From NCBI RefSeq assembly GCF_037042905.1, contig NC_087263.1, positions 15,378,001 to 15,442,000 on the forward strand: a DNA stretch of 64,000 nt, written 5' to 3'. The position numbers and the translations under genes are program-made. The stretch comes from Lytechinus pictus (taxonomy: Eukaryota). Positions 1-13,600 of this stretch are shown here, in pieces. Below the pieces are notes generated by a model. It did no database searches. It worked only from the letters and a program-made list of their open reading frames with translations, and was not told where the DNA came from. The number at the start of each line of letters is the position of its first letter. Position 1 is the first letter of the stretch.

Positions 1-1674
1 CTATCTACATGGTTTGTATGGCTTGATTTTTCTTAACCTCGAGCGATGTTCGTGCAGGCTCCACTTCACTACCGCAACGTCGCTACACTGTCTACGCTCC
101 ACCTACCCGAACATCGAGACTACTGCTGCCACCAAACGGATATCCGAACGGTTTCCGCCCGCGTGGACGGAAAACGGTTTTCATTTTTCGGGTTCGGGTA
201 TCCGTGGACACTGATTCACCACTTTCCTGTCACAAAAACTCATTAAATTTAGTAAAACTCACCAACAAAATTTATAAGTTTTAGTGGCCAATATAATCAC
301 CAATGTCAATTAATCTTTTTCGGTAATATATTCCCGCCGAAAACCATCGTTTTTATATCAGTTTTGGAGCATGACCGTCTTTGAATGGAGTAAAGTTCTG
401 TTCTTACAACGATGGCGATTTTACTACGGTGTCGCTTAAGATCGTTTTTCTTTCCCATCTTATGTTTTGATGATTTCAAATGCGTAACTCATCGTATATT
501 TTCTTACCTCGACTTTCAATGCGAGTGAAGAATGAAGATAATTTGAAACCATTTAAGCGTCAAATAAATGTTGATCGGGTTACTCAGGTGTGTCATGTTG
601 TTTCTTGTAATTTATTCATCAAATGCAAAATGAATTCTACTTTCTCACAGCAACTTTGGTTACCAATGAAGATGATTATATTTAATATATAAATTACAAA
701 ACACACATTTTCCTTTATTTCAGTTTAAATGGCATATCCGCTATAAATTTTGATATCCATCATCACGTAAACAACAATACTTAAAAGGCGGTATCGTGCC
801 AGAAAGGTTTATGATGTGCGCCCGCCGAGTATGTGGTCGGTTGTGAATCGACGTGTTTTGCAGTAAAACTTACTGGTGATGAATGTAAGTGATTAGTTAC
901 TGTTACTGTGATTAAATCTTGTCTTGAATCTTTGTTAGAAGTGTGATTATGTTTCAGAAGTTGAGAAATGAGAAGCTTGGCTATAATTTGGGGAATGGGG
1001 AGAAACCCGACATGAAAATGAAAATATTCCAAGTACGATCCCATTTGAAGGTGCAGCGAGTGTAATGTGACCAAATATATATCGGACGATTCACTCCAGA
1101 GTCCAGACATGTCCAGACAGGACAGCACTTGCGTGAGCTGAATGATGTAGGCCTGTCTGGTTTTAGACTTTTAGTAATAGTAGACTCGCACTTACACTCG
1201 CCTCGGTCAAATTCATTGCATCTTATTTCATTCGATCGGAACTAAAAAATAAACACACATACTCTCGCAACCATTAAATGGGATCGTAACTAGGCCCGAC
1301 TTGTATAACTCAAATAATAGTCATTTACTAATAGCTTACACAGTCATACGATCTACATTTGTAGCCGTAGCCTCACGCTAACTCACATTTAGTCAAATCT
1401 GATTGCAAAACAGATTCAACCCAAAATATTCAGCTTCTCGTAATTTTGTGGTTTTCAGAAATATTTTAATTAGCGCACGCTGACTTTCGCCATCATCGGA
1501 TAGGTTCAAAACTCAAATATAACTGAAAATCTTAAATATAACTCAAATAAGTGCAAATGGATATTATTTTTATATTTTAGGGTAAAATTTCGGATACCCG
1601 TCCGCCGTCCGGTTTTCAGTGTCGGGTATCCGAATATTGAAATATCCGTTTCAAGTCAGGCCTACATGTAATCG

Positions 1675-2126
1675 AGACGGTGAACCAGTTCGGATATACC
1701 GAGTCACAAAGGTGGGATGGAAATCATGTTTATCGTAAAAATTAAAGAAAAAAATATAACGAGAAAGATGAATAACTTAATATCTTACTCTACACCCGTA
1801 TTTCACTCCGTTTCCATCCTCCGGTTATCCTCAAAATTGGTGATTTCGGGCCAATATCTTTTTCCTCACACGTATTGATTATTCACGGCTGATTTCAAAA
1901 CATCGCATGCAATCGGGCCTTGAATAATACATGTGAAGAAAAAGATACTGGCCCAAAATCACAAATTTTGAGGATAACCGGAGGATGGAAACAGAGTGAA
2001 ATACGGGTGTAGAGTAAGATATTAAGTTATTCATCTTTCTCGTTATATTTATTAATTTTTTTTTACGATAAACATGATTTCCATCCCACCTTTGTGACTC
2101 GGTATATCTGAACTGGTTCACCGTCT
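1675..2126. mobile_element. Foldback/MITE-like palindrome (~210-bp arms)
   Basis: AGACGGTGAACCAGTTC... at 1675 is mirrored by ...GAACTGGTTCACCGTCT at 2126; arms nearly identical. Confidence 0.8.
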
Positions 2127-2239
2127 TCTGTGAGCTGTGCGCGGCGGCATGTAATGAAACCTTGGGTGATTTGAACGTTGTAACGTTAGCTAAAGCCTAG
2201 GAATCCGTGATGATATTGTTGATTTTGTTATCAATCATA

Positions 2240-2886
2240 CCGTATGGGCACTAGTTGTCTAGTATTCAACCCGGCATAATTCAAAGATTTTGACAAATTT
2301 CCCCAAAGGCTAAAGCAAAGGCAAATATTAAGAAATAGGGAATTTATCTTAATTTCATACCTTTGTTATTTTCAGGGTAATCTGTTGTCGGTATTTTCTT
2401 TATCAATCTGTCGACTGTATGCGCGGAGGATCAAATTATGCGGCGATGACCTTTTGCACTGAATTGCACTAGTATTCAACCTAGTGATGATAGATAGCGA
2501 ATCTCAAAATGGTTTAGATTGCTAAACTAGATCTACAATGTAGATCTATGACTATGTAAGTCTCTGGCTTTGACTAATTCCCTGTTTGGTCTTATCTCAA
2601 ATGGTCTAGTCCACAGTCGGATGGGACAAGGGCAGATCGAGAGACGGCCATCTTTCATCGCTAGGTTGAATACTAGTGCCGACGGATTGAATACTTGTGC
2701 CAAAAACCATCGCCGTATATTTGATCGCCCGCGCACACAGTCGACGGGTTGAAGAAAAAAATAACGCAAAAGGAATAACCAACGTTTGCTCTTGGAAATA
2801 AGACAGGTCTGAAATTAAGGTAAATTCCATATTTCTATATATTTGAGGAAATTGTCCAAACAGGTTGAATACTAGAGGCCTTACGG
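2240..2886. mobile_element. Tc1/mariner-type MITE
   Basis: TA|CCGTA...TACGG|TA termini; long degenerate inverted arms containing CTAGTATTCAACC. Confidence 0.65.
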
Positions 2887-3259
2887 TATCTGTTTTCGTC
2901 TTTTCATCCAGTCTCAGACTCAGGCACTCATCCAGGAACGAGGTTTATACTTTTGTTTTAGCAGTCATGGCAGTAGAGGCGCACGGCCAATATCGGAGAC
3001 TGTCTCCCATCGAGAGAGATTATCTCCAATTGATATCAGAGACTTTTGTAAAGAATTTGGGTATCCAATTTCAGAGACAGTCTCCAGTTCGGGAGACAAA
3101 TTTCATTTGTTTACATTTGCTGCAAAAGGATTAGCTTGGCGGCAAATAAAAATGTGATAAGCAGATTCATGAAAAATTACCCCTTTTCACTGTCTACTTT
3201 TGTTTTGATAAGGATTTTTGTTGTCATATTCACAAAACAAATGGGCTTCTGACCTCAGT

Positions 3260-3737
3260 AGGTGGTTTCAAACCGCCTCGATCACAAGAATCCCCGTTAA
3301 ATTACGAGAACTTTTTTAGGATGAAAAATACCCATTAATTATTCCTGCATTCACACCGCCCTGAAACATACCCTTCGGGATAAGTTCCTGAAGTTACGAG
3401 CATGCGCAGTATGGTCTGATAAGCAGCAAGGCGCGAAATTCAAAATCACTAGCCCAGCAGCAACCCATGCACGGCGCCGCACCCAACGACTCGCTGGGCT
3501 AAAAGTTCCCGTAATTTGCTTTCAGACCGCCAAAATACCCACGACCTTGGAAAAATCCCCGCGAAAGTTCTCGTAATTTTGCCAAGTACCTACTATTTGT
3601 TGGGTATTTTCTTTCGGGGATATTACGCGTAGTTTGCTTTCACACCGCCAAAATACCTGGTATTTTCTGATCGGGGTAAATTTCCCGATCAGAGAATACC
3701 TGGAACTGGCGAACTTCGAGGCGGTCTGAAACCACCT
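3260..3737. mobile_element. PIF/Harbinger-like MITE
   Basis: TIR AGGTGGTTTCAAACCGCCTCGA / TCGAGGCGGTCTGAAACCACCT; 3-bp TSD AGT. Confidence 0.75.
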
Positions 3738-4350
3738 AGTGAGACAACATTTTGGTTGGAAAAATTACACTTTTGTAGTGTTGTTGGATCATCTACAGTA
3801 TAAGTGACCTGCCAACCCCAAACCAACAATAAGTCAACCAAAATGAATATTGAGATTTTTATTTAGCTTGAAAATTAATTTCCTAAGCTTTATAATGATT
3901 GTAAAATTGACCAACAATAACCATTGATTTAATACAAGTACTTGATTGAACGCAGAAGAAATTCAGCAAGAGCTTAAAAAATAAGGAGAAAAACAAGGTT
4001 TGAAGTTTGAGGTTTACCTAAGCATGAGAATGCATACTGTGTAATCTCAATGAAACTTCCAAGCAGTCCGAAAAAACTATTGTCCAAGAAGCAGTATCTT
4101 TTCTTTTAATCAACTTCACAATTTCAATTTTTCACAGTATGAAGAAGAATTGCTCTTTCAGATAAGCTATTTTTTAATTTTGGGTTTTTGGAGACTAAAT
4201 TATGATTTTTGGCTATTTACAGAGAACCTTACCTGGTGACTTATTGGTGGTTTTGGGGTGGTATATTATGATCTTTTACATCTAAAACACAAATGCCATG
4301 TAATTTTTTTGTTTCTCTAAATCCATTCAGTTTGGCAGGTGAAAACTACC

Positions 4351-4616
4351 ATGGGGGACAACATCCATCAGAGGCCTCACTCGACCCCCAAGGTCGCCAG
4401 GGGTCAAAGTTCAGCTGGTCGGGGAGATCACCGGGTCAGGAGTGTATCCCCATCCCTGTCTTTAGATGAGACCGGTGAATCAACGCGTTCCCTTCTCTCC
4501 ATCCTATCCCACAGCAGCATCAAGGACCTGCCAGAAGATGAGTTGAGGAACCAGTCTGAGGATGATGATGATGACAGGGCATCCAATTCTTCTTCATCTT
4601 CACCAACCAAGTCAAG
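4351..4616 (+). CDS. CCDC34: CCDC34 coding exon 1 (MGDNIHQRPHSTP...SSPTKS)
   Basis: ATG at 4351 after a pyrimidine-rich acceptor (implies an upstream UTR exon); donor AAG|GTAAAA at 4616/4617. Confidence 0.75.
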
Positions 4617-7600
4617 GTAAAAAAATTCTTATTCAAATAGATTGTTTGATTTAAGCAACAGGGAATAATTTGAATGATTTAGCTAATACCGGTGTATTGG
4701 CTCAGTTGGTAGAGTGTCTGTCTCCCATCCGGGAGGTAGGGAGTTCAAATCCCAGCCACGTCAGACCAAAAGATCGGAGTTGGTGCTACCCTGTTTGGCA
4801 TTCAACGATAATAAAGGGGAAGGAGCCTCGTCTATCTGGCGCTGCACAGTGGCTGCCAGGCCCACAATCAATTGGGCAAAGCAAATTTTCGGAGTATTTC
4901 ATGTCTATTTCGAACAATAAAATATGGATGGATGGACTAGCATTTTCGGTCATAAAAGAAAAACTTTTAATAAGTATGTACATGTATGTTCTGAACAGTA
5001 TGTAAAAAATCTGCTATATAAAGACTCTTTGCAAAGCAATTTTTTTTTAATGTGGAACAAATTGCAATGCCTTACCAAGGAAGCTATTCCCTGAACAAAA
5101 AAGGAACATTCTCTCCTTCACAATAAGTAACAAAATTAATTTCAAAACCGAATGTAAATAAAACTCTCAAGAAGATCACCAGATAAGCATTTGTTTTCAA
5201 GAATATCTTCTTAGAAGAGCAAAATTGCAAACAAAGGCATAAAGTTAATGCCGCAGGCCATATAAGGATATGATTAGAAGAATGTGAAGGCAATCAAAGA
5301 CGTCTTTTCACTGTAGTAGATACTTTGCTTCATCGTAAGAAAGAGTCCGTTCTTCCAGTTACCTCTTCTGACCAGATACTGGCTGAGGAGTTTTGCCAGT
5401 TCTTCTTTAACAAGGTCACCAAGATACGTGATGACATTGACGCCGAGCTGCAGTTAGAACAACGTGTGCAGCAATGTGAATCATTGCCTGTTCCATTGAT
5501 GACTGATTTTGCTCCGGCTTCTGTAAGTGAGATCAGGAGGGTTGTTGTAGATTCTCCAGCATCGTCATGTGAGCTAGATCCAGTTCCTACTTCCTTGATA
5601 AAAGAATGCATTGATGACTTTGCTTCATATATTACAGACATTGTCAACAAATCTCTTCGGAGTGCTAGTTTTCCAGCATCTATGCAACAGGCTCTCGTTA
5701 AGCCTCTCCTAAAGAAAGCAAATCTTGACAGGCAAGAATTTTCAAGTTATCGACCTGTGGCAAATCTAAGCTTCTTATCGAAGGTTATTGAACGTATTGT
5801 TTCAATACGTATTAGGTCCTTCCTTACTGAAAATGACCTTCAGAACAACTTCCAATCAGCTTACCGAGAGAAACACAGTGTTGAGACTGCCCTTTTACGC
5901 GTGCAAAATGATATCCTCACTGGAATGGATCATGGAAAAGTTACAGGTTTGATCCTGCTCGATCTCAGTAGTGCATTCGATACAGTTGACCATGCCATAC
6001 TGCTGGAGAGACTTCAGTCTATCGGCATTGGTGGACGGGCTCACCAGTGGTTGATGTCTTACCTTTCAAACAGATCACAGAGGGTGTGTGTACGTGGAGC
6101 TGTCTCGGGCAAAGTTCATCTTCCTTTCTCTGTGCCCCAGGGGTCGGTCCTTGGGCCACAACTCTTCAACATCTACACTCTTCCTCTTCATGATATCATC
6201 AAAAGGCATAATCTCAATCACCATATGTATGCTGATGACACGCAAGTTTATTTTTCGTGCTCTCCTACACAAGAGGAAGTTGATGCCTGGATTGCTCGTG
6301 TTGAAGCCTGTTTAAGTGAAATTAGGAACTGGATGATGGAGAATTATTTGAAGCTTAATGATGACAAAACTCAGTTTCTTATGCTGGGTTCTAAGCTGCA
6401 ACTCGCTAAGCTAACAATTCCAAATTTGCATATTGGTTCCTTATCGATTATTCCAGTGGATAAAGTTCGAAATCTAGGAGTAATTTTTGACTCAAATATG
6501 ACAATGGAATCGCAAGTATCATCGAGTGTTAAACTTGCGATGTACAGTGTCCGCAATCTCCGTATTGTTCGCAAATATCTCACTAAAAAAGCCGCTGAGC
6601 AGCTTGTTCATGCATTTGTTACTTCTCGCATTGATTGTTGTAACTCTTTGTTGTACGGCATTCCCTTGTCTCAAGTAAAGAGGCTCCAACTTGTTCAGAA
6701 TGCCGCTGCACGTCTAGTTACCTATACGCGGAGGTCTTCCCATATCACACCAGTCCTTAAGTCCCTTCATTGGATTCCTGTTCAACATCGTATCACCTAT
6801 AAAATTCTTCTGATAGCATATCGTGCGCTGACCTTCTCTTCACCAGAATACATCTCATCTCTTCTTGATTTTCGCAAACCTGGTCGCTCTGGTCTTCGCT
6901 CTTCTAAGACTTCTTCTCTCGATCTCTCTATTCCCAAAACCAGACGGTCATGGGGAGATCGTGCATTTGCATCAGCAGCTCCCCGTCTATGGAACAATCT
7001 TCCAACTAAACTAAAAGACTGTAGATCAGTAGAACATTTCAAGGCCAGTTTGAAAACTTATCTAATGGCCAAATTGTAAGTTGTACCAGGAGTGAGTTAA
7101 GTTTATTGTAAGCGCCTTGAGCACCCCTAATAGGGTGGATATGTTTTGCGCATTATAAGTGTCTTATTATTATTATTATTATTATTAGTTATCAAAACTC
7201 ATGTAAACAATGTAAAAAATAAAATGCTTATTATTCACATTTGTTAATTACAGACACCCCACTTAGAATTGGATGTACATACAGCAGTTTACAATGTGCA
7301 CTAAAAAGGATACATAATAGTCGGCAAGATGGGGAGAGGAGGAAAATGTACATCAAGGGCCCGTCTAACAAAGAGTTACGATTGATTGGATCCATTCGTA
7401 ACTCTATGGAAATCCATCAGTGTCATAAATTTTTCTACAGGAAAATTGCACAATGTCCTTTGTAAACAAAGAAAAGCACAGTGAATTTTAAAGAAAACAA
7501 TTAATGTATGAATATACATGTACATCACAGCTAGAAAATATTTTGAACAAACATGCATAATACTTGACGTTGCTGGCCGTCCATAGTTGCGATTGATCGA

Positions 7601-10600
7601 ATCAATTGCAACTCTTTGTTAGACGTGGCCCAGAACAAGAAGGGACATGTACATACATGTAGGTGCAATGCCATGGGGGGGGGGGGCATTTGACTGCTTC
7701 CCATGAATATATAACTGAATGGTGTGACATCTTTGCATGTCTTATTCTTGCAGCTCACATTCATCAAGTAGGCGATCAAAGACATCAACTTCAAGGTCAC
7801 GTTCAAGGTCCTCGTCAACATCTCGCTCAAAGTCCCAGACAGACACCTACAGCAAATCATCCAGCTACTCATTGCCCAGGAGTAGTGACTCACGTCCAAC
7901 ATCGACGTCGCAGTCGACATCGGGCAGAGGACCGCAGTTGAGCCCCTGGGAGAATTGGCTGATCGAGAAAACCAAGGAGGAAAGGAAAAGACTTAAAGAA
8001 AAGGTGAATGATGGTGATAATAAATAGATATTGTGTGTTTCATTATGAAACATAATACAAATGGGGGTGTTTCACAAAGATTTAAGTATGACTTAAGTCG
8101 CACTTAAATGCTGACGCGTACTAGATATGCAACGCGCACTCTTATTGATCGATACGCAGTAGACAGTAGTGCATGTCCTCTTCGCATAATCTGACCAACG
8201 CGGTCATGCCTTTTATACCGCACGCAAAAACACATTTAAGTGCGACTCAAAGTCATACTTAAATCTTTGTGAAACACCCCCCTGGACATGTAAAATAGCC
8301 TAAAAAACGGACATACTGAAGCTTTTCGACATACACTCATAGGAGCAAAATTACATGAATGACTAGAGCGCTAGAGTTAGACAATATATAATAGAACCGA
8401 AACTAAACAATGGACGCTAAATGGCAAGCTGTGATTGGCTGTCAAGGTAAACAATTTAGGCTAAGTACCAGCCGTAAATTGAAGCGAAGCAACTCAAATA
8501 ACGCAAGGGTTCTTTCAAACTCCTTCTGGCGGCAAAGAATCGGGTCTGTAGCTGGATATACGCTGCCTCGAGCACGCGCAAGTGAGTGAAACTTCTTGCT
8601 TGGCTGAGCACCTTGAACCAAGATGAAGAGTATTGTTCCGCGCATGCTTGGTTGCTCAGCAAGTGGTTAGCAAAAGCCGAACTACTACCACCATCCGTCG
8701 CAGTACTAGTGGTACGTTTTCTGCATGCGCGTGGAGGTTGTGAACGCGTGCTAGTTTGACAATTCTGGATACAGGCGGGCACATGTTGGCTAATGCGATC
8801 GGCTAAACGTTGGGTTGTACGCCCTATGTGTACACATACTTGCATGCAAATTCTGCCCTCATTTTTAACTTCACTCCTACGCATTTATCCTGAAAGATTG
8901 GTAAACTTCTCAACTTCAGTGTTCTCAACACTTGGCATGATCACACTGTTTTCCTTTAAAATTGAGAAAGAAACCATCATTTTAACACTACACTTTTCCT
9001 TTATACATCTCACTTGGACAGTAGCATTGGCGGTGGAAGTAAAACAATTTAGGGGGGACCACCAAAATTTTTTGACAAGCAAAAAAAAAAAAAAAAAGTT
9101 ATATATCAACCAAAATTTTAGGGGGAGGCCGACAAAAATTTAGGGGGGATCGTCTCCCCCACCTCAAATTTAGGGGGGACACGTCCCCCCCGCTTCCGCC
9201 GCCTATGAACAGTAGTTCTGCAGGTTAATCATTACATCCATCCATGCGCTCCGAATCCATCGTTCAGTTAAACATATCTTCAATTTTCAATTCTCACTCC
9301 CTGCCAAAGCTTTTTTGCATGTCCTAGGTACAGAGTGGTTGACCTCAGAGCCTCGTAGTAAAAGAACATCAGGGGCATGAATTACAAAATGTAAAAATTT
9401 CCATTGCTTTGCCATTTTTTAACTTTGATTAAATCTTTCAAGAGTTTTGAATGATAGGAAAAAAAGGGGGAACAGAATTGGAATAGAGTATCTGTCATTT
9501 GAACTACAGCTCCATTCACAAATTATTTGCTTATTATAATTTCTTTTGTTTTTAATAAATACTGTAAATGAATACCCTACAGACACACACACACCACATG
9601 CATATAGCCAGAAGATGAGAGATTAGAAACCATGTAGGCTATTGAGGTCGAAGTCAATGTTGATGTGGATTGAGGAAAGAGCGGTGAAGGAACAGAAATT
9701 CATGCAAATTTAATCCCAAAAATTGGGGTTTATTTGTCAATAATATGTCTCTATCTGATTCTCTCTGATTTCATCCTTTCTCTCGGAGGCCCCCCCTCAA
9801 CGATTCGCACAATATTATTGCTGATCTAAATTTTCTGACGTCGGTGCTCGCTGACTTTTTACTTTTAAGTCTTGCGCATATTTTGAGACCAAATTTGCGA
9901 CGCCCAGGTATGCGGTTCCAAAATTACGCAACATTTTGTATTATGTTAGACCAAAAATTGCTCCAAAACGTGATTTTGTGTACAAAGTTAATGCAAATTG
10001 TGTTTTCAACCAAAAATCATAAATGTATGATTGTTTTTAGTTTTGCTGGTCTGAATGGGTTTATTTTATGCTGTTTATGATCTCAAAAGATACCCCGACA
10101 GAGTTCATTGAAAAAATAATGAAAAACATAGGCCTGAATTCACAAAGGTCCAGAAAACAAAGAAATACATAATAAATTGAAAAAACAATATAATACATAA
10201 GAAATTGATCTGATATCGCATTTTTTCATGTACATGTACATGTATATTTTCTCAGAACACCACAAAGAGTTTCTACACCTAAAAATTAGCTTTATTAGAG
10301 AGTTAGAGGAAATTTTTTTTTGCATACCACATGTAATTACGCCCCGGTGGGGGGGGGGGGCCTCTTCCATTGACGAGTGGATACCATGCGCGACCATGGG
10401 GTCTTGAAAAGCACCCTAAACACGTATTTTCCATATGCTGAAAATGCACCCCTTAACAAGTATTGGCGTGTGAAACCCTACCCTTAACAAGTATTGGAAA
10501 CAAATACTATTGGCAAGTATTCCCAGAACTGAGCCCCTAAACAAGTACAGCGATGTATTTTCCATATTCTGAAAATGCACCCCTTAACAAGTATTGGAAA

Positions 10601-13600
10601 CAAAACGATACTCGTAGCAAATATTCCCTGAAATGAACCCCTAAACAAGTACAGAGAAATTTTATTGTTATGTCACGCGTCCGTCGGTCGTCGGTTTTAC
10701 CTTTAGACACCATTATTTTGGTTTAGTACGGCCCTACCTTCCACACCTCGCGCAAATCGGACTCTAAACACGTAGTGTTGGGGCAAAAAGGACATCCTTT
10801 ATAAAACATTTTGATTTTGTTTTATCATCCCCGCATATTTGACCCTAAACACGTATATTTTTCCGAGCGAAATAGATACCCTTTTTTCAATTTTTGTGTG
10901 TTTTTGACACCCTATCTTGAAAAAGACATCCTTTTTACTTGTTTTTTTGGTCGCGCATGGTATCCACTCGTCAATGTAAGTGGCCCCCCCCCCCCCGGGA
11001 ATTACGCATAAGTTAGCATAATCAATTAATAGAAATTTGCATGAAATAAATTAATATAGAATTTTGTAGATTATATCCCAGACAACCTGCGTGCGGCGCG
11101 ATCGACGACCTCCGAAGCCCACCCCCCCCCCTCCGGCCATATGATCTCCCAAAATACCCCGGCCTATATAGGGTTAACCATAGGCCACGGTACTGTAGAG
11201 AGAGTAGCAGGTAAACCAGTTGGAGTTGAATCAGTGTGAAAGTCACTGAGCAGATTGTCGGAATGTTTGGCAAATGATCAGCAAGTCATCCAAACTTGAT
11301 CCCAAATATTGCAGTTTATTCATTACTTGCCTCTTTTCTCTTTAATTTCATCTTTTTTTCTCTATTAACTGTAGGCCAAGCTAGAGAGGGAGAAGCAGCT
11401 AAAACTGGCTGAAGAGAAAAAGATGAAGGTGGAGAAAGCAAAGGTCATCAAGGTCAAGGTCAATATGTGGATCGAGGAGCGAACGGCGAAAGAACAGGAA
11501 TCCAAAAGAGCAAACCAAAGGCTGGAAAAGACAAAGAGACAACTCGAGGCAGAAGAGAAAAGAAGAGTACAAGAAAAAGCAAAGGTACTGTTTTATATGA
11601 TGATAATAATAATAAAGGTGTTGTGGCTCTGTGGATAAGTCTCCGGACTTTGAACCACAAGATCCAGGGTTCAAATCCCACCGCAGCACCCGCTTCCTTT
11701 GGCAAGGCGTTTATCTACATTTGCCATTCTTCACCCAGTTGTAGTAAATGGGTACCCGGTAGGAAGGAATTCCTTGAATGCACGAGCGCCCGATCAGGGT
11801 AGCTGGGGTAATAGTATGCAGCGCTTAGAAACATTTGTATTAAGCACTATATAAATGTTGCATATTAGTATTATTATTATAATATGGACCATTTATACAG
11901 TGCAGCTACTATACTCATATACTCTACTGCGCGTAACATTTGGTATCATAGCCGAGCCGCCATATAGGTGCTAGAGCATTCAAGTAATTTTTTCCTACTG
12001 GGTACCCATTCACCTCACCTATGTTTAGTGCAGCACAATGTAGGTATATTTCTTGCTGATGGAAAACATGTCATGGTTGGGAATAGAACACACGTCCCTT
12101 GGATTGAAAGACGAGAGTTGTAACCATTAGACCACAACACCCCCACTGATACGATAACGATAATATGGGTTGAGTCAAACTGTTTAAATGACTACTAACA
12201 TAATAACTGGTCTTCCATTTTGTCAAACATTTGACTGTAAAAAAAAAAAAAAAGTAACTGAAGTTGCTGAAAAATTCTCAGTTTACACTTGTCATCAATG
12301 AAATGCCCATTGTATGTATTCATTTTGAAAATGTTTTTATTTGTATACAATACATACAATACAATATCAGTATTCACAATGATTGTATCACAGTGCTTTT
12401 ACAAATGACCAAAATTAGAATTGTGAAAGAAAAAAAAGTACATACATAAAATAACAAATATTTATTAAAAAGAAATGTCTTTAATGACCGCTGAAATGCT
12501 CCCAGAGATGACGATTCACGGATGCAGCGAAGGAGTTGGATCCCCTGAGGAACTACCAACAAAATGTGGAATATTCCCTTATTTCTTGACTCTGAAGTAT
12601 GGATTTTCTTAAAATTTCAGTTGATGTGAGAGTACTCACATCAATGTGCACACGTGGGACTGGAATGAGACAGGATCACATTCAGGCAGATATAAACAAG
12701 AATTCTCAATGTTATGGGTATAAATAGATTTTATGCAAGTGGATTATCCAAGAATAAGTTATGGAATCATTGATTTTGAACGTGTACGTATGCTTGGGCT
12801 TCTTTTTCTTTTCAGTTTGGAAAAGAAATTGTATCATCAGATCCTACATGGGTTGTATGGCAAGTCTGACTCTTGCTTCATTACCCACACATACCTGCCA
12901 ACCATTCCAATTTTGGCGGAATTATACCAATTTTTCGACCTCCATTCCGAATTCCGAATTTTAAAACCAAAATTCTGATTTTTGGGTTAATCAATATAGT
13001 GTTGAAATTATTGAAACGGCTGTATAATGCAACAAACGCATGCACGGCTGTAAGATGCGACTAACGCATAAACGACTGGAGCGCACGGCTACGCAAATGC
13101 GCTAGCTACACGATATACACAGAGAGCGACTTTAAACGGCGCGCGAACACTGCTAAGTGCGCAGTTCCATTGCAAATACATGTGAAAATTAACGAGCATA
13201 CACGCAACGGCAGCACTTCGGGCGCTACATTTTGAGGTGTTGTCGTTAAGCGTTGACTTCCGGAAAAAAATGGCGGCTGACATCGGCTAGCGAAAGAGCC
13301 AGTTTTTAGTGAGGACATGTTTTCATAATCCACGAACATCGGAAAACCCGTGAAAGAGTAACCTTTTTAGACCCCTTGTTTCCTAACTACGATGTTAAGA
13401 ATCACCGATGTTGGTATTTTTGACGCGAAACAAGGTGATTTAGGTAAGAAAATTTCACTTTTCATTTGAGGTTTTTGCCCATGTCGCCGGATGATTTTGT
13501 AGTGTGGGAGTGAGTTAGTGATGTATCGTACATATCTAGAGTGTGTTGGTGATTACAGTGGTATATCGCTGAGTCTGCTGATGATATGAACGGCAGGTCG

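Noticed and set aside
100..1664. CGGATA(C/T)CCG-motif clusters ending in CAGGCCTA (possible hAT-like end)
   Set aside because: Partner terminus and TSD not identifiable within the window.
4688..4765. tRNA-like sequence (also ~11617, 30297, 37190-37265, 53720-53790, 58755-58815)
   Set aside because: A/B boxes only, with imperfect cloverleaf; they continue into SINE bodies or are fragments, so not tRNA genes.
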